Assembly: GCF_018350175.1 (NCBI RefSeq)
Contig: NC_058368.1
Span: forward strand, 10,168,001-10,232,000
Direction of reading: 5' to 3'
Length of the DNA: 64,000 nucleotides
DNA from: Felis catus
Lineage: Eukaryota
A model generated the notes under the pieces. It saw only the letters and a list, made by a program, of their open reading frames with translations, was not told the DNA's origin and made no database searches. Below, piece after piece: positions 11,143-23,795 of this stretch (position 1 is its first letter; each line of letters begins with the position of its first letter). The position numbers and the translations under genes were made by a program.

Positions 11143-13569
11143 TAAATATTTTACTGCCTCCTATGACTTTAAAGACCTCATAATTTTATATGCCTAATTC
11201 CTCCTTCTTTCCTTTATGCTATTGTTATCATACATTTTATTTTCACCGATGTTATAAATATGCAACAGACTACTATTCTTTTTTAGATAGCTTTCTTTTA
11301 GAAAAATCAAATTTGATGTTATCTTTGTTGTATCTCTAGCACTCTCCATTTCTTTGTGTAGGTCTGAGTTTCTGTCCGATGCCGTATTCTTTAACATTCC
11401 CAAAGCTTTTCCTTCCGGTAGACTTTTGTGTGAGGATTAAGGTTAATCTTATCAGGAGCTGGGCTGAGTTTGAGGTGACTTGTTGCTAGGATTACCCTCG
11501 GTACAACAAAACCTACAAATTTTTCTCAGTTTCTGTTTGAGAATGTCTCTATTTCGCTTTCAGTTTTGGAAGATATTTTTTGAGCTATAGAATTTTTGCT
11601 TGACAGATTTCTTTTCTTCAACACTTTAATGGTGTTCTTCCTTTGCCTTATTGCTTGTGTCATTTCTAACAAGGGGCGCCCTAATTCTTATCTTTATTCC
11701 TCTGTAATAGGTCTTTCTTCGGTGACTGCCTTCAAAATTTTCTTTCTTTCTTTTTTTTTTTCCCCAAGGAGTTTGACTATAATATTAAGGTTTTTGTTTG
11801 TCCTTTTGTTTGGCTTTGGTATTTACCTTGCTTAATGTTCTCTGAGCTTCTTAAATCTATGGTTTGGTTTCTGTCATTGATTTGGGGAAATTCTTAGCCA
11901 TTATTCCTTCAAAGAGTTCTTCTGCCCTGTTCTCTTGTCTTCTGCTCCTATGATGCTAAGCACACATATATTACTTGGCATTGTCACTCAGCTCTGAAAT
12001 ATTCTGTTTTGTTCTTTTTTTTTTTTCTGCTCTATTTTCTCTTTGTGTTTCAGTTTCGCTAATGTCTATTGGCCAGTCATCAAGTTCACTGATTCTTTTC
12101 TTGATTGTGTCACGTCTACTGATCAGCCCATCAAAGGGGGCTCTTCATCTCGATTTCTACATTCTTCATTTCTAGCATTTCCATTTGATTCTTTCTTGTG
12201 GTTTGCATCTCTGTGCTGACCTTAACCTGTTTGGTATTGCATACTGTCTACATTTCCATTAGACTTTAATATATTCATGGTAGTTGTTTAAAACTTCCCA
12301 TTACATAGTTCCAACATCGGTGCCATAGCTGAGTCTTTTTCTGTTGATTGCTTTGTCTCTTGACAGTGTACTGATTTTTTTAAATTGTCCTTACACGTGC
12401 CTCATAACTTTTTGCTGGAAGCGGAACATCTTGCGTACGACAAGTGAACAGTTCTCATGACTGGGTACTGTTATGCTTTGTCTTCTAGTAGACCTTTGGT
12501 GTGGGAGTTAGCGTTCTTTCCGTCAGGTTTGTTGTTGCTATGGTTACCCTGGGTGCACCACAGGTTTCAGATTCCTCTAACAATACCTTGTAGTGGAACA
12601 GTACCTTGTACCATAGCAGCTGGCTTTCCAGAGACTTTCAATTCCTGCTCCTTCCCCAGCGTTAGGTGTCTCCTGCACGATGCACCTCAGTATGGGTGTA
12701 TCTCCACACTTGTAGCTCTGCTGGCAGTATTCTACTGTTACTTGTCACTCAGCTTGTTAGCGTCGTGGTGGGGATGTTCTCTGGTGCACTGGCTAAGCCT
12801 TATTCTTAGGCTGATACTAGGTTCCCGGGTCTTGGGATGTGGCCTTCCCAGGACTCCTGCCTCCCCTCTAGCTATAGTTCTGAGACCAGTCCTGTGCCTG
12901 TCCCTTTCCCATGAATAGAGGATATTTTCATCTCCCTTCCCTCAGCAGCAGTGGGTTTTCCCCTAGGCCCTAGAGGCAGTATTATTTTCTCCCCCCTTAT
13001 AGAATAAAGCGTTTATTCCATAGGAGAGATAGGGAAAGGGGTCGGGGTAGGGCTTCCTGCTCCTCCTGTGGTAGCTACTCTCCCTAAAGCCTGCACCATA
13101 TTTTCCCTGGAGAGTCACAAGTCCCTCCCATGAACTCCTGGTGGGGTCCATGGAGAAGTCTGCAAGGGGGTGGGAGATCCCCCAAGTCCCGTGGCCTCAC
13201 CGGGCTCCACACTCTACTGCCAGCCCCTATTTAGTTTCTATCAAATCACCAACTGTTCTTGCAGAATTCTTTCTGGCTTCCAGCTGCTTCTGTCCTAGGT
13301 TAAGCAAATATCAGTTCCCATCTGGCCCCGCGGGTGCCCGTGTCTCTTTAGATTTGGGGCTAGTTGGTTTGCCCTGTGACCTCAAGTCTGTGATAGGCAC
13401 AAAAAAAGTTGCAAACTTGCAGTTTGTCCGGGTTTCTGTGGTGGTTGTTCTTATCAGGGTGGGAATTATACCTTTTCCTCCTCTCCAGAGCCCTGAGCGG
13501 AAGCTGAAAGTCAGAAATAGGGTTTTTAGTTGAAGTTTTCTGTCTTTTAACAGTTTCTAACTTCCACTT

Positions 13570-13826
13570 ATAAGTAGGTCCCGAGGATGCAATGTACAGC
13601 ATGAAGACGATGATTTGCTATATTGTATATTTGAAAGCTGCTAAGACAATAGATCTTAAACGTTCTCATCACAAGAAAAAAATGTGTCACTATATAAAGT
13701 GATGGATATTAATTAAACTTATTGTGGTGATCATTTCACAATACCAGCATGTATCAAGTCATTGGATTGTGTGCCTTAAATTTATACAATGTTATATATC
13801 GATTATATCTCAATAAAACTAAAAAA
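13570..13826 (+). mobile_element. L1MA/L1MB-type 3' end
   Basis: 'gctaagacaatagatcttaaacgttctcatcac...tatatctcaataaaactaaaaaa'. Confidence 0.85.
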
Positions 13827-13897
13827 TGTGACTTTTTTGGCATGTTAAGGATATCTCACTAAAAAATCATACAGTATTTTTAAAATCGTGTTGACTA

Positions 13898-14113
13898 GGG
13901 GTGCCTGGGTGGGTCAGTCAGTTGGGCGTCCGACTTTGACTCAGGTCATGATCTCGCGGTCTGTGGGTTCGAGCCCCGCATCAGGCTCTGTTCTGACAGC
14001 TGGGAGCCTGGAGCCTACTTCAGATTCTGTGTTTCCTTCTCTCTCTGCCCCCCACCCCCAGTTGTGCTCTGTCTCTGTCTCTCAAAAATAAATAAATGTA
14101 AAAAAAAGTAAAA
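13898..14113 (+). mobile_element. Can-SINE
   Basis: TSD aaaatcgtgttgact at 13882-13896 and 14114-14128. Confidence 0.97.
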
Positions 14114-14229
14114 AAAATCGTGTTGACTGTTTTTAAGCAATTGATGGATATAATTAATCGGTAGTCAGTTATTAACTAATTTTACTATTTTTTAAGTTTT
14201 ATTTTATTAGTTTAATGTTTCTTATTTTT

Positions 14230-15340
14230 ATAGCAATTATAAAATACTTTGGGTAACATTTAATCAGAAACGTACAGGACCCATATGAAGAAAACTCATA
14301 AAATTCTCTAAGGAACATGAAGTAAGTCTTGAGGAAATAAAGAGGGGGTGCAGTTTCATACAGAAGATTCAAGATTGCACAAATGCCACTTTTTCTTAAA
14401 TCGACTTATAAATTTAATACCAATAGAATTTTTAACTGTAGCTTCATGAGTGTACATAACTTGACAAAAAATTCCAAAGCTCGCTTAGAAAGAATAAATG
14501 TCAAGCATAACCAGGAAATTTTTAATCCAGAAGATAATTGGAGAAAATACTTAGGAGAAAATTTCCCTTATAAATATTAAAATGTGTCATAAAGTTACCA
14601 TACTACACTCTGTCATAGGTGGAGGGAAAATGAACAGATTAACGAAAAAAATAGGCGAGGAAAAGACTAAAACATATATGGGAATGTTGGGAATGTGGTA
14701 TTTAATCAAGATGCCAGTACAAAACTGTAGGAAAGAAATGGCTTATCAAATAAATGCCACTGAAAGCCAACCGTGGGGGCAAAAAGACGTATCTATACAT
14801 CATTCCCTTAATAAATGGCAGAATGGATTAAATAAACAAATGTAAAATGTTTAAAACATGACATCTTCCAGGCACCAGAAATTTTTTGTTTTCCTAGTGA
14901 GGGTAAAAAACACAGATTCTTAAATAAAGAGACTATAAAATCTGTCCACCTCCCCAACTCCAAAACAACCTTGACCGTAAGAAAATGAGAGACAACCGAA
15001 AAAGTATTCACATCACCTATAACAGAGTAGCAATAGTATATTCAGATCGGTTTTTTTTTTCAACGTTTATTTATTTTTGGGACAGAGAGAGACAGAGCAT
15101 GAACGGGGGAGGGGCAGAGAGAGAGGGAGACACAGAATCAGAAACAGGCTCCAGGCTCTGAGCCATCAGCCCAGAGCCTGACGCGGGGCTCGAACTCACG
15201 GACCGCGAGATCGTGACCTGAGCTGAAGTCGGACGCTTAACCGACTGTGCCACCCAGGCGCCCCTCAGATTGTTTTTATAAATCAACCAGAAATTAATAA
15301 ACACCTTGATGGAAAAATGGGCAAAGGCTTGCCATGTTGG
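14230..15340 (+). mobile_element. Degraded old L1 ORF2 fragment
   Basis: A-rich, decayed L1 ORF2-like motifs; interrupted by a SINE. Confidence 0.6.
15051..15264 (-). mobile_element. Young Can-SINE (SINEC_Fc)
   Basis: Near consensus; degenerate TSD tcagatcggttttt / tcagattgttttt. Confidence 0.97.
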
Positions 15341-15399
15341 GAAAGATGAACCAAACAGCGTTGGCAAGGGTGGGAAAGGATGTCCTCATGCATGGTTAT

Positions 15400-15770
15400 G
15401 ATGTGTATTACTTTGTAACAAGTGACCAGGAACTGGGCAGCCTGAAAACAACAAAAATTATTGTCTCACCATTTGGGAGGCGAGAAATTGGAAATCAAGG
15501 GGGAAACTGGCAGGGTCATGCTCCCTCCAAAGCCTCTAGGGGAGAATCCTATGATTCTTCCAGCTTCTGGTAAACCTAGGTGTTTCCTGATTTGTAGAAG
15601 CATCAATTCAACTTCTGCCTCCAATGTCACATGGCATTCTTTCTGTGTCTTTGTGTCTTCACAAGACCATCTCACCTCTGTGTCTCTGTCCAAATTTCCC
15701 TCTTCTCATAAGGACATTGATCACATCAGACAAGGGCCCACCCTAATCCAGTCTGATCTCAGTTTCAGAG
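15400..15770 (-). mobile_element. MaLR solo LTR (MLT1-type)
   Basis: 'gcagggtcatgctccctccaaagcctctaggggagaatcc...cttccagcttctgg' hallmark. Confidence 0.8.
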
Positions 15771-15910
15771 TCCCTTTCACGAATTTACCACCATAAGATC
15801 TTTGGATAAATGGGAGACGTTACATGCGCAGTTTATTTTTTAAATCAAAGATCTATGAAACTGGAGAAAAGTGTCAATGACTATTATGTCCATTAATAGG
15901 GGACTGTTAA

Positions 15911-16128
15911 GAGGCACCTGGGTGGTTCAGTCAGCTGGGCGTTCAACTTCGGCTCAGGTCATGATCTCATGGTTTGTGAGTTCAAGCCCCGCATAGGGCT
16001 CTGTGCGGACAGTTCAGAGCCTGGAGCCTGCTTCACATTCTGTGTCTCCCTCTCTCTGTCCCTCCCCCATTTGCGCTCTGTCTCTCTCTCTCTCTTAAAA
16101 AATAAACATTAAATTTTTTTTTTTAAAA
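15911..16128 (+). mobile_element. Can-SINE
   Basis: Degenerate TSD aggggactgttaag / aggggaatgttaag. Confidence 0.95.
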
Positions 16129-16184
16129 AAAGGGGAATGTTAAGTAAATTCAGAATGTAACACCATGCACACAGTTAGGTCTCT

Positions 16185-16399
16185 ATTTTTTTTTAATGTT
16201 TGCTTATTTTTGAGAGAGAGAGACACACAGAGCACAAGCAGGGGAGGAATAGAGAGAGAGGGAGACACAGAATCCAAAGCAGACTCCAGGCTCTGAGCTG
16301 TCAGCACAGAGCCTGATGCGGGGCTTGAACCCACAAATCATGAGATCATGACCCTTGCCAAAGTCAGATGCTTCACCGACTGAGCCACCCAGGCCCCCC
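16185..16399 (-). mobile_element. Can-SINE
   Basis: Full-length reverse copy, tail-to-tail with the previous SINE. Confidence 0.95.
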
Positions 16400-16869
16400 T
16401 ACATCTCTACTTATTGACAAAGAAACTCAGTCTAGACATCTTGCTAAGAGAAAAAAAGTGACACGATGTCATTTCTATAAAATTACACAACTTCACATTA
16501 ATGTAAAATAAAAAAAAGAATACACCGATGTCCACAATAGTATGCTTTATCTCGAGGAGTGCATATCAGAGTGCTACCAGAGGATATCTCACAGGTAGTG
16601 CCTAAAGTCAGAGCACTTCCACACTTTGTGTAAAACATCAGGAGAGACGAAAGGGGACGCAGCTGTAGTGAAGTTCAGGGGACCCCACACTTGAGGACAG
16701 AGAGCCAAGCTGGCACATCTCAAAGCAGAAATCTCAGATGGGTCCCATCCGAGCTGGGCTGCTTTCTTCACGTGTAAATGAGGATCGCCACACTTCCGGG
16801 GGTTGACCCAGAGAATAAGCAGATGAAGTTTTGGGACCGACGGGCAAACTGAGAAGTGCCATTCGTTCT

Positions 16870-17810
16870 CGCTTCTCCTATTCCAGACATAGTTCTAGCC
16901 TCTGGGGATTCAGCTGGAAAAGAGATCAATTTATATCCATGGAGCTTATGTTCTTGAAGGTAGAAAATTGATAACAAACTAATAAATGCATGACACAATG
17001 ACAGTTCCAGTAGGGTGAAGGAAACGTACATAAAATACAAATATGTATTTCACATGTAATACACCAGTGTCGAATTCAGGAGTATGAAGGAAAATACAGC
17101 AGACTAACCACGGAGAGACATGAGGGGTTGCTATTTTAGGTGGGGTGGCCAGGAAGGCCTCTCTAAAGTGGCCTTGAGCTCGTTCTGAGCCGACAGAAGC
17201 CAAGGAAGAAGGCAGAATCTCGTGGATATCTAGAGGCAGGGCCTTCCAGCTGGGGGAACAGGGGCAGAAGGCCTGCACGTACTAAGAGAAGGTCAGTGTG
17301 GTACTAGATAACCCAGCAGAGAATAGTAGGAGGAGATAAGGTCAGGAAGATAGAAAGGCAGGCAGATCACAGGAGCTTCTGACGCTACGGATTTTGCATT
17401 GCATTTCGCTTGAACGAGATGAGAGTCATGGCGGGGTTTTGAGCAGAGGATTGACATTATCCACCTTCTGTTTTTAAACGATGGCTCTCTACACAGAATA
17501 TAGAGCAGGGAGGCAGAAATGAAAACAGGGAGACCGACCGGAGGCTCGTGGCAATGGCCAGGCAAGGGATGTGGGTCGCTTGGACCAAGAGGAGGTGTTG
17601 GTGGAGAAAGCAAGGAATGGTTGGACTCTGAAGGGATTTCAAAGGTAGAACCTATAGAATTTGTCGGTGGACTGAACGTGCGTTCGCGAGGGAAAGAGGA
17701 CGAGATGACCTCAAGGATTTTTCCACAAGCAACTGGAAAAATGGAGTTGCTGTCTGAGTCTGGGAAGATGGGAGAGTGGCGTTGGGTAATCAAGGGTTCA
17801 GCTTTGGACA
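16870..17810 (-). mobile_element. L2 LINE remnant
   Basis: 'ccagacatagttctagcctctggggattcagc', 'caactggaaaaatggagttgctgtctgag'. Confidence 0.8.
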
Positions 17811-17880
17811 GTGAGTGGCATTCGAATGTAATTATTATGAATTGTGCCCTGGCAGGGCAAAGTGACGAAAGAATACTTTC

Positions 17881-18078
17881 ATTTTTTAATTTTTATTTTG
17901 AGAAAGAGAGAGAGAGAGAGAAGGAGAGGGGCAGAAGGAGACAAAGAGAGAGAGAGAATCTTAAGCAGGCTCCATACTCAGCGTGGAGCCTGACGCAGGG
18001 CTCGATCCCATAACCCTGGGCTCATGACCTGAGCTGAAATCAAGAGTCGCTCAACTGACTGAGCCACCCAGATGCCCC
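17881..18078 (-). mobile_element. Can-SINE (older)
   Basis: Reverse head ...gagccacccagatgcccc. Confidence 0.93.
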
Positions 18079-19282
18079 AAGACAGCACTTTTAAGACCAG
18101 AGTTATTTTTCCTCTTTGGTCCCTCCCTGGCATCTCCTCCCCACCCCACCACCAACTTCACGTTAGCATCAGTTACCTTCTCCGGTGATGGGATTAATGT
18201 ACCTTAAGGTACCTGAGTCGGGGGGCGGGGGAGCAGAGAGAGGAGGTACCTACCCTGGTACTCCAGTTATAGACCTTGGCAGTGAGAGGCAAGCAGCCAC
18301 TCTGGGCAGAGCTCATCAGCACTGGTTGCTCCCAGCCAGAAAGCAGCAAGATTTTCTTTTGCTGCCATCTCTCTGATCATTAGTAATTGCCCTAGGGGAC
18401 CTAGTGGACACAGTTCTTATCAGTAAAGCAGCACCTGGCAGGTTTTGCTGTCTGAGACCATGAACCAGAGAGGAAGAAGAGCAGACTCTGCTCTGGGAAG
18501 GTGAGAAACATCTCACGTTAACAGGTAAGAAAAGTTATCTTCATTCCTTGCCTTTTTTTTTTTGTCTCATAGAATTTTCTAGAATTCTGCTTGGGTACAG
18601 ACAGCTGTTTGCTGTAACAGTGAGTATTATGAGGTGACTGTTTACGTTGTCAAGGAAGCAGGTTTTGCTCCTCAGGAGGAAGGTAAAGAGAAATTTGTCA
18701 CATTCACTGTGGAGCTTGACCATACCCCACATGGACCGGCACGAACATCAGTGCATTACGGTGGATTGTGCTCAGTGTCCTTAACTGGCTGTTGCTATGG
18801 AATTTTGTCTCCGTAATCAGAGCCTCTGCCTTGATAATTTGATTGCACTTAAAAAAAAACAACAAAAAAAAAACCCTTGAATTCGTGTAAATCCTGATAA
18901 CATCACGAGAGGGCTTTTGATTAATGCAAAATTAAAGCTCTTTCAGAAGCATTAATTGAATAAAAAGAACACTATTCAAAGAGCTTTAAGGACATCCCAA
19001 ACCATTTGAAGATAACAGACTCTACAGCCGTTATCTTAAAATCTGGTTAATTAAAGTGCTAAGTGTCATCAAATATTTTGACTTCGGGGTACTTTATTTA
19101 TATTTGTTTCTATCTAATTTTTTTGTTGTCCTGGCCATTAAGTATCTGTTCTTCTTTTCTCACACTGCCCAGGCACGTTAGCAGGAAAAGAAACCCTAGA
19201 GTATTTCCAGCTCAGTCTTTCAACCCATCCTTCCTCCTGGCCAAGTGTTGATCAAGTATCGTAATTAAAAGTGACCCATTTC

Positions 19283-19470
19283 GGGCGCGTGGGTGGCTCA
19301 GCCAGTTAAGCAACTGACTCTTGCTTCCCGCTCAGGTCATGATCTCGCGGTTTGCGAGATCAAGCCCTGCGTTGGGTTCTGTGCTGACAGTTGTGGAGCC
19401 TGCTTGGGATTTCCTCTCTCCCCCTCTCTCTGCCTCTCTCTCTCTCTCATAATAAAAAAATAAACATTTA
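19283..19470 (+). mobile_element. Can-SINE (older)
   Basis: Head gggcgcgtgggtggctcag; degenerate TSD gtgacccat / gtgatccat. Confidence 0.93.
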
Positions 19471-19904
19471 AAAAGGTGATCCATATTTTCTGAGGTGGCT
19501 GAGATACAATGTGCCTTTAGCTCGGCAGAAGGATGTGACAGAAACAACCGTGAACATAGTATTAAATTAGTATCTATATTGACAAACAATACGCTTAAAA
19601 TTTGCTGCACAGGTACCATCTAGGAGGCTTAGTGTCGTAGCTCGTAGGAGACCCACATTGCCTAGACATTTAGAAAGCTCATTACCTTACAACGTCCATT
19701 TGCTGGTAGGGAGTGCTCCGAAGCTGGTTAAGTCAACAACTCAAAAGCGTCATTTAACACAAAATATCCTTTCCAACCCCTTGTTCCGGCTTTGGGCCTC
19801 ACATTCATCTGGGTTGTGTGTGGTTATGGCATCTCCAACCAGAGTCCCCACGTCTGAGGCAAAGGAAAACCTCGGTGTCCCCCTTTTCTTCACTTTTTAC
19901 ATTT

Positions 19905-20128
19905 CTTCTTCTTTTTTAAAATTTATTTTGAGTGACAGAGAGAGAGAGAGAGAGAGAGCCAGCACATGAGTGGGGAAGAGGGAGAGGGGGAGACAGAATC
20001 CCAAGCGGGCTCCACGCTGTCAGCCAAGAGCCTGACGTGGGTCTCGAAGTCACCATCAAAGTCGCCAACGGTGAGATCGCCAAACTCAAGTGTGGGATGC
20101 TTCACCCACTGAGCCACTCAGGCACCCC
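19905..20128 (-). mobile_element. Can-SINE (older, diverged)
   Basis: Reverse copy; TSD tcttcacttt. Confidence 0.9.
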
Positions 20129-20429
20129 TCTTCACTTTCTAAACGCATGAGACCTTTCCCAAAAGCCACCCAGTGCACTTACACGCACATCTGATTGGCC
20201 AAGTTGTGTCACGTGCCTGTGACTAAGCCCAAACCAGCAAGGACAAAGGCGGTTACCTTTGTCGTCTTGCATCTCAGGATTCCCCCCCTCCCCCACTGAG
20301 ACGAGGGAGGAGCCCTGCCTTTCATGAAGGGCACGCCCCCTGGACACCCACCGCAAAGGCAGAGTTCTGTCATTAAAGAAAGGGTGGGGACAGAGGGCTG
20401 CTGGGGGGAAATGCATGGGCACTCTCTGG

Positions 20430-20970
20430 ATTTCTTCCCATCTTTTTAGCTGCTCATCTGTAGTCCTTTTCCTTACTTCTCTTCCTCTGCCTGTCCTTGA
20501 AATATCGGGATTCCTCAGGGCTCAGCTGGGCCCTCTTCCCTTCTCTGTGTGTCCTCTCTGCTTAGAAAATCCTATCCAGTCCTGTGGCTTGGATTGCCAT
20601 TTACACGCTGGCAACCCTCCAGACTGCTATCGTCAGCCCATACCTCTCCTCTGAGCTCCACATTTGGCAGCCAACTCCCCACTCAACAGCTCTACTTCTG
20701 TGCCTCAGAAGCATCTCAGACATGTACGTCCCAAACTGAACTTTTAATTTTCCCCCAACCAGCCCCTCCGCAGGCCTTCGCATCCTAGAAAACAGCACCT
20801 CCCTCTACCCAGTGTTTCAGAACAGATGCCTGGGAGTCAGTCTTGACACTCACCTTCCCTAACTACCCATCACAACTACTTTTCTTCTGTTCAACATGGC
20901 AGCTAGCACGGGCCCAAGGGTTCAGCCCACAGGGGGCGCTCAACAAACATTTGCTGCGAATTGATTGGAT
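20430..20970 (+). mobile_element. L2 remnant
   Basis: 'catctcagacatgtacgtcccaaactgaactt' and 3' end 'gctcaacaaacatttgctg'. Confidence 0.7.
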
Positions 20971-21162
20971 GTGCTAATGCAGCACATACCTTGATTGGAG
21001 AATGGAAATGTGAAGGTTAGAAAGGGCTTGAGGGTAATAATGGGTGGCATTCTGATAAAAGATGTTCATTCTGGGGTAAATTGAAAGGAACCTTCCCAGT
21101 GCCTTCTGACAGGTGTAATGGCGTCTTCCTCCCCAGTTCAAACAGAATGCCACCAATCTTTT

Positions 21163-21350
21163 TCTTTTTTTATGTTTATTTATTTATTTTGAGAAAGAGA
21201 GGTGGAGAGCAAGCAGGGAAGGGACAGAGAGAGAGGGCGACAGAGAATCCCAAGCAGAGATGCGGGGCTCGGACTCATGAACGGTGAGGTCGTGACCTGA
21301 GCTGAAATCAAGAGCTGGACCCTTAACCGACTGAGCCAGCCAGGTGCCCC
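21163..21350 (-). mobile_element. Can-SINE (older)
   Basis: TSD ccaccaat(c/g)tttt. Confidence 0.93.
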
Positions 21351-21654
21351 CCACCAATGTTTTCGACAGGACTTGCATGAGCGCTAAAGGAGTGGTGGCC
21401 GTGGAATCTTCTAATTTACTCGGATTTGTCTCAGAAGCATTGGCCTCCATCGTGCTCCTGGTAGCAAAACCATGTTTGATAGTGAATGCACAATGAGGGC
21501 CCAATGGGAAGTGAAATTGTGACGAAACCTGCATTTTCTCTCAAGAAGCCTTGGGTCAGTGACTAATGAACTGTTCAGCTGAGGGATGTTATTCTTGTCT
21601 TTGCCGTCATTAATGATGCTGATAAACCGTGATGTTGGAAAGATGGAGAATTAC

Positions 21655-22105
21655 ACCAGTCAGCTACTGCTGCATAACAAGCACCTGTGACATCTTGGCG
21701 AGCACTTACTTCCCACGCATCTTCCGCTTGGCTGCAGTGGCTCGTCTAGGTTGGGCATTGCTGGGATAGTTCTTGACGCCGTCACTCTAGCTGGGTGTGA
21801 CAGGGATGACTCCGTTCCGCTTGTATTTATCCCGGGTCCCAACTGAAGGGGCAGCAGTTCTCAAAGGAAGTTCTTTGCACGGTGATGGCAACAAAGGCAC
21901 GACAGGGAAAATGGAAACATTTGAAGCCTCTTAAGTCGTGGGCTCAGAACTGGCACACTGCTACTTTGGCCAACGAGGCAAAGCAAGCTACAAGACCCAG
22001 AGCGGTACGGGACGCCTTTTGCGGAAAGATCTACTGGGTTACAGGGCAGACAGCATGGATGTGGGGGAGGGGTGATGAATCAGAACAATGTTTCAATCTG
22101 CCTGA
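21655..22105 (-). mobile_element. Old MaLR LTR (MLT1-type)
   Basis: Starts 'agtcagctactgctgcataacaagcacc'; 'ggctcagaactggcacactgctacttt'. Confidence 0.6.
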
Positions 22106-22585
22106 GTGTATACTACACATCAAAGAAAACGGAAGAGAAATCGCGGGTTCAGCTTGAACTAATCAAGCCCGGGGTAGGGCTGAATTTCCTCTGTTCCCAT
22201 CTGCTTGTCACTGTAATTCAAGCTACACCTTACGGTCCCTTTGTAGTAGGCTATCCAATATAATATCCATCCCTCCCAAAGCCATTCCGTTAGTTATCTA
22301 TTCAGGAATGCCCAGACAACTTCCCAGGCTGGTGCCCTGGATGTTGGTTCCTCTGGTACGGTTGTTATGGGAAACATTTCATTTCACATCTGCTGACACG
22401 ATTTGCTGTCTCTCTAATTTTTTTTTAAAGGAGAAAGAGAGAGACTCATATTCTGATGGCTGTAAAGGATAATGAGTAATTTATTCAGAGCTATATACAA
22501 ATCAGACTATCATCTTCCAGACAGAATCAATAATATAATTTTAAGCCCACACACATTTACAAATGCTAACGCTCCAGCGCAGCTG

Positions 22586-22602
22586 GGTTGCCATGGGCAA
22601 CC
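22586..22602. promoter_or_regulatory. RFX X-box-like palindrome
   Basis: GGTTGCC-ATG-GGCAACC, perfect 7-bp inverted repeat fitting GTNRCC(N0-3)RGYAAC. Confidence 0.5.
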
Positions 22603-23221
22603 AGGGCATGCCAGCTCGTGATCTGAGACGGGCCCATGTCTCCCAGCCTGGTAAGCACATTCTGCAGACAGAATCCAAGGGAGCCAAGGATGTTAGTGTT
22701 GGCTCTGATCTGGCCGCCGCACAAATGCACCCCTGTGATGGTTTGGATTAGTTCTTGATTGAACTGCTCAGCTTTTTTAAAGCTCCTATTTGCACAGGAC
22801 TTCTTCAGTACCTCTTCTGTGTCTGTGTTTAAGCAGGTTGGGGGATGGAGTGGGGAGCGTGGAAGGAGCTATGTGGGGTAGAGCAGGTGACGAGCTGCTC
22901 TGCCATGGCCGCTAAAGGTCAGAACAGCGAAGGGCGGTACTCAGGTCAGAGGTGAGGGAGCAGGCTGGTTAGTCAACTGGAAAAGCGGGCCCCGTGGGTC
23001 TTCTCCAAAAGAGGGCCTGATCAGATGTTGGGAGCTGACCTATGTTGGCTGGGAAGACAAGAGCCGGAAACAAAAAGTCACGAAGGGAAAGGAGAAGGTG
23101 GTCGAGCACAGGCAAATAGTGGGAATGCGGTGAGAGGCAGGCAGGCCCCACTAAAAGGGCCGCAGGAAGGGAGGACACACAGGAATGGTCCATGATGGTT
23201 CCATTCAAACATGTCGGCACA

Positions 23222-23413
23222 GGGGTGCCTGGGTGGCTCAGTCTGGTGAGCGTCTAGCTCTTGATTTCTGCTCAAGTCGTGATCCCAGGGTCGATCCCAG
23301 GGATCGAGCCCCACGCCAGGCTCCATGCTAAGCGTGGAGCCTGCTTAAGAGTCTCTCTCTCCTTCTGCCCTTCTCCCCCACTCATGCTCTCTCTCCCTTC
23401 TCAAAATAATTTT
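23222..23413 (+). mobile_element. Can-SINE (older)
   Basis: Degenerate TSD aacatgtcggcaca / aacatgtcagtaca. Confidence 0.93.
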
Positions 23414-23454
23414 TAACATGTCAGTACAAACCGAAATTCACTGCCAAAGGGGTC

Positions 23455-23795
23455 CGAGTTAGCTCGGGCAGCCACAACGGAATACCACAGACCGGGTGGC
23501 TTAAACAGCAGATATGGATTTCTCGTGCTTCTGGAAGCTGGAAGCCCAAGCATCAGGGTGCTGGCATGGTGGGCACCGTGGGATTCTTGCCAAGGCATCT
23601 CTCCCCGGTTTATAAACAGTCAACTTCCCGGGTACTCACATCACGGAAAAACCGATCATCCCTCTCGTGTTCCTTTTTATAAGAGCACGAATCCACTCAC
23701 CGAGGTTCCACCCTCATGACCTTGTTACCTCCCAAGGGTCCAGTCTCCAAGTACTAGCACACCGGGGCTCAGGGCTTCCGCACGCGTATTGGGTG
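23455..23795 (-). mobile_element. MaLR solo LTR (MLT1A-like)
   Basis: 'aataccacagaccgggtggcttaaacagcaga...ctggaagctggaagcccaag'. Confidence 0.8.

Larger units (their letters stand above)
10325..13510 (-). mobile_element. Old L1M fragment from ORF2 start through ORF1 to 5' region
   Basis: Typical antisense L1 motifs ('ccattcacctttaatgtgattat', 'ggaaattcttagccattattccttcaaa') and a GC-richer 5' part at 12450-13500; interrupted by two SINEs. Confidence 0.75.
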
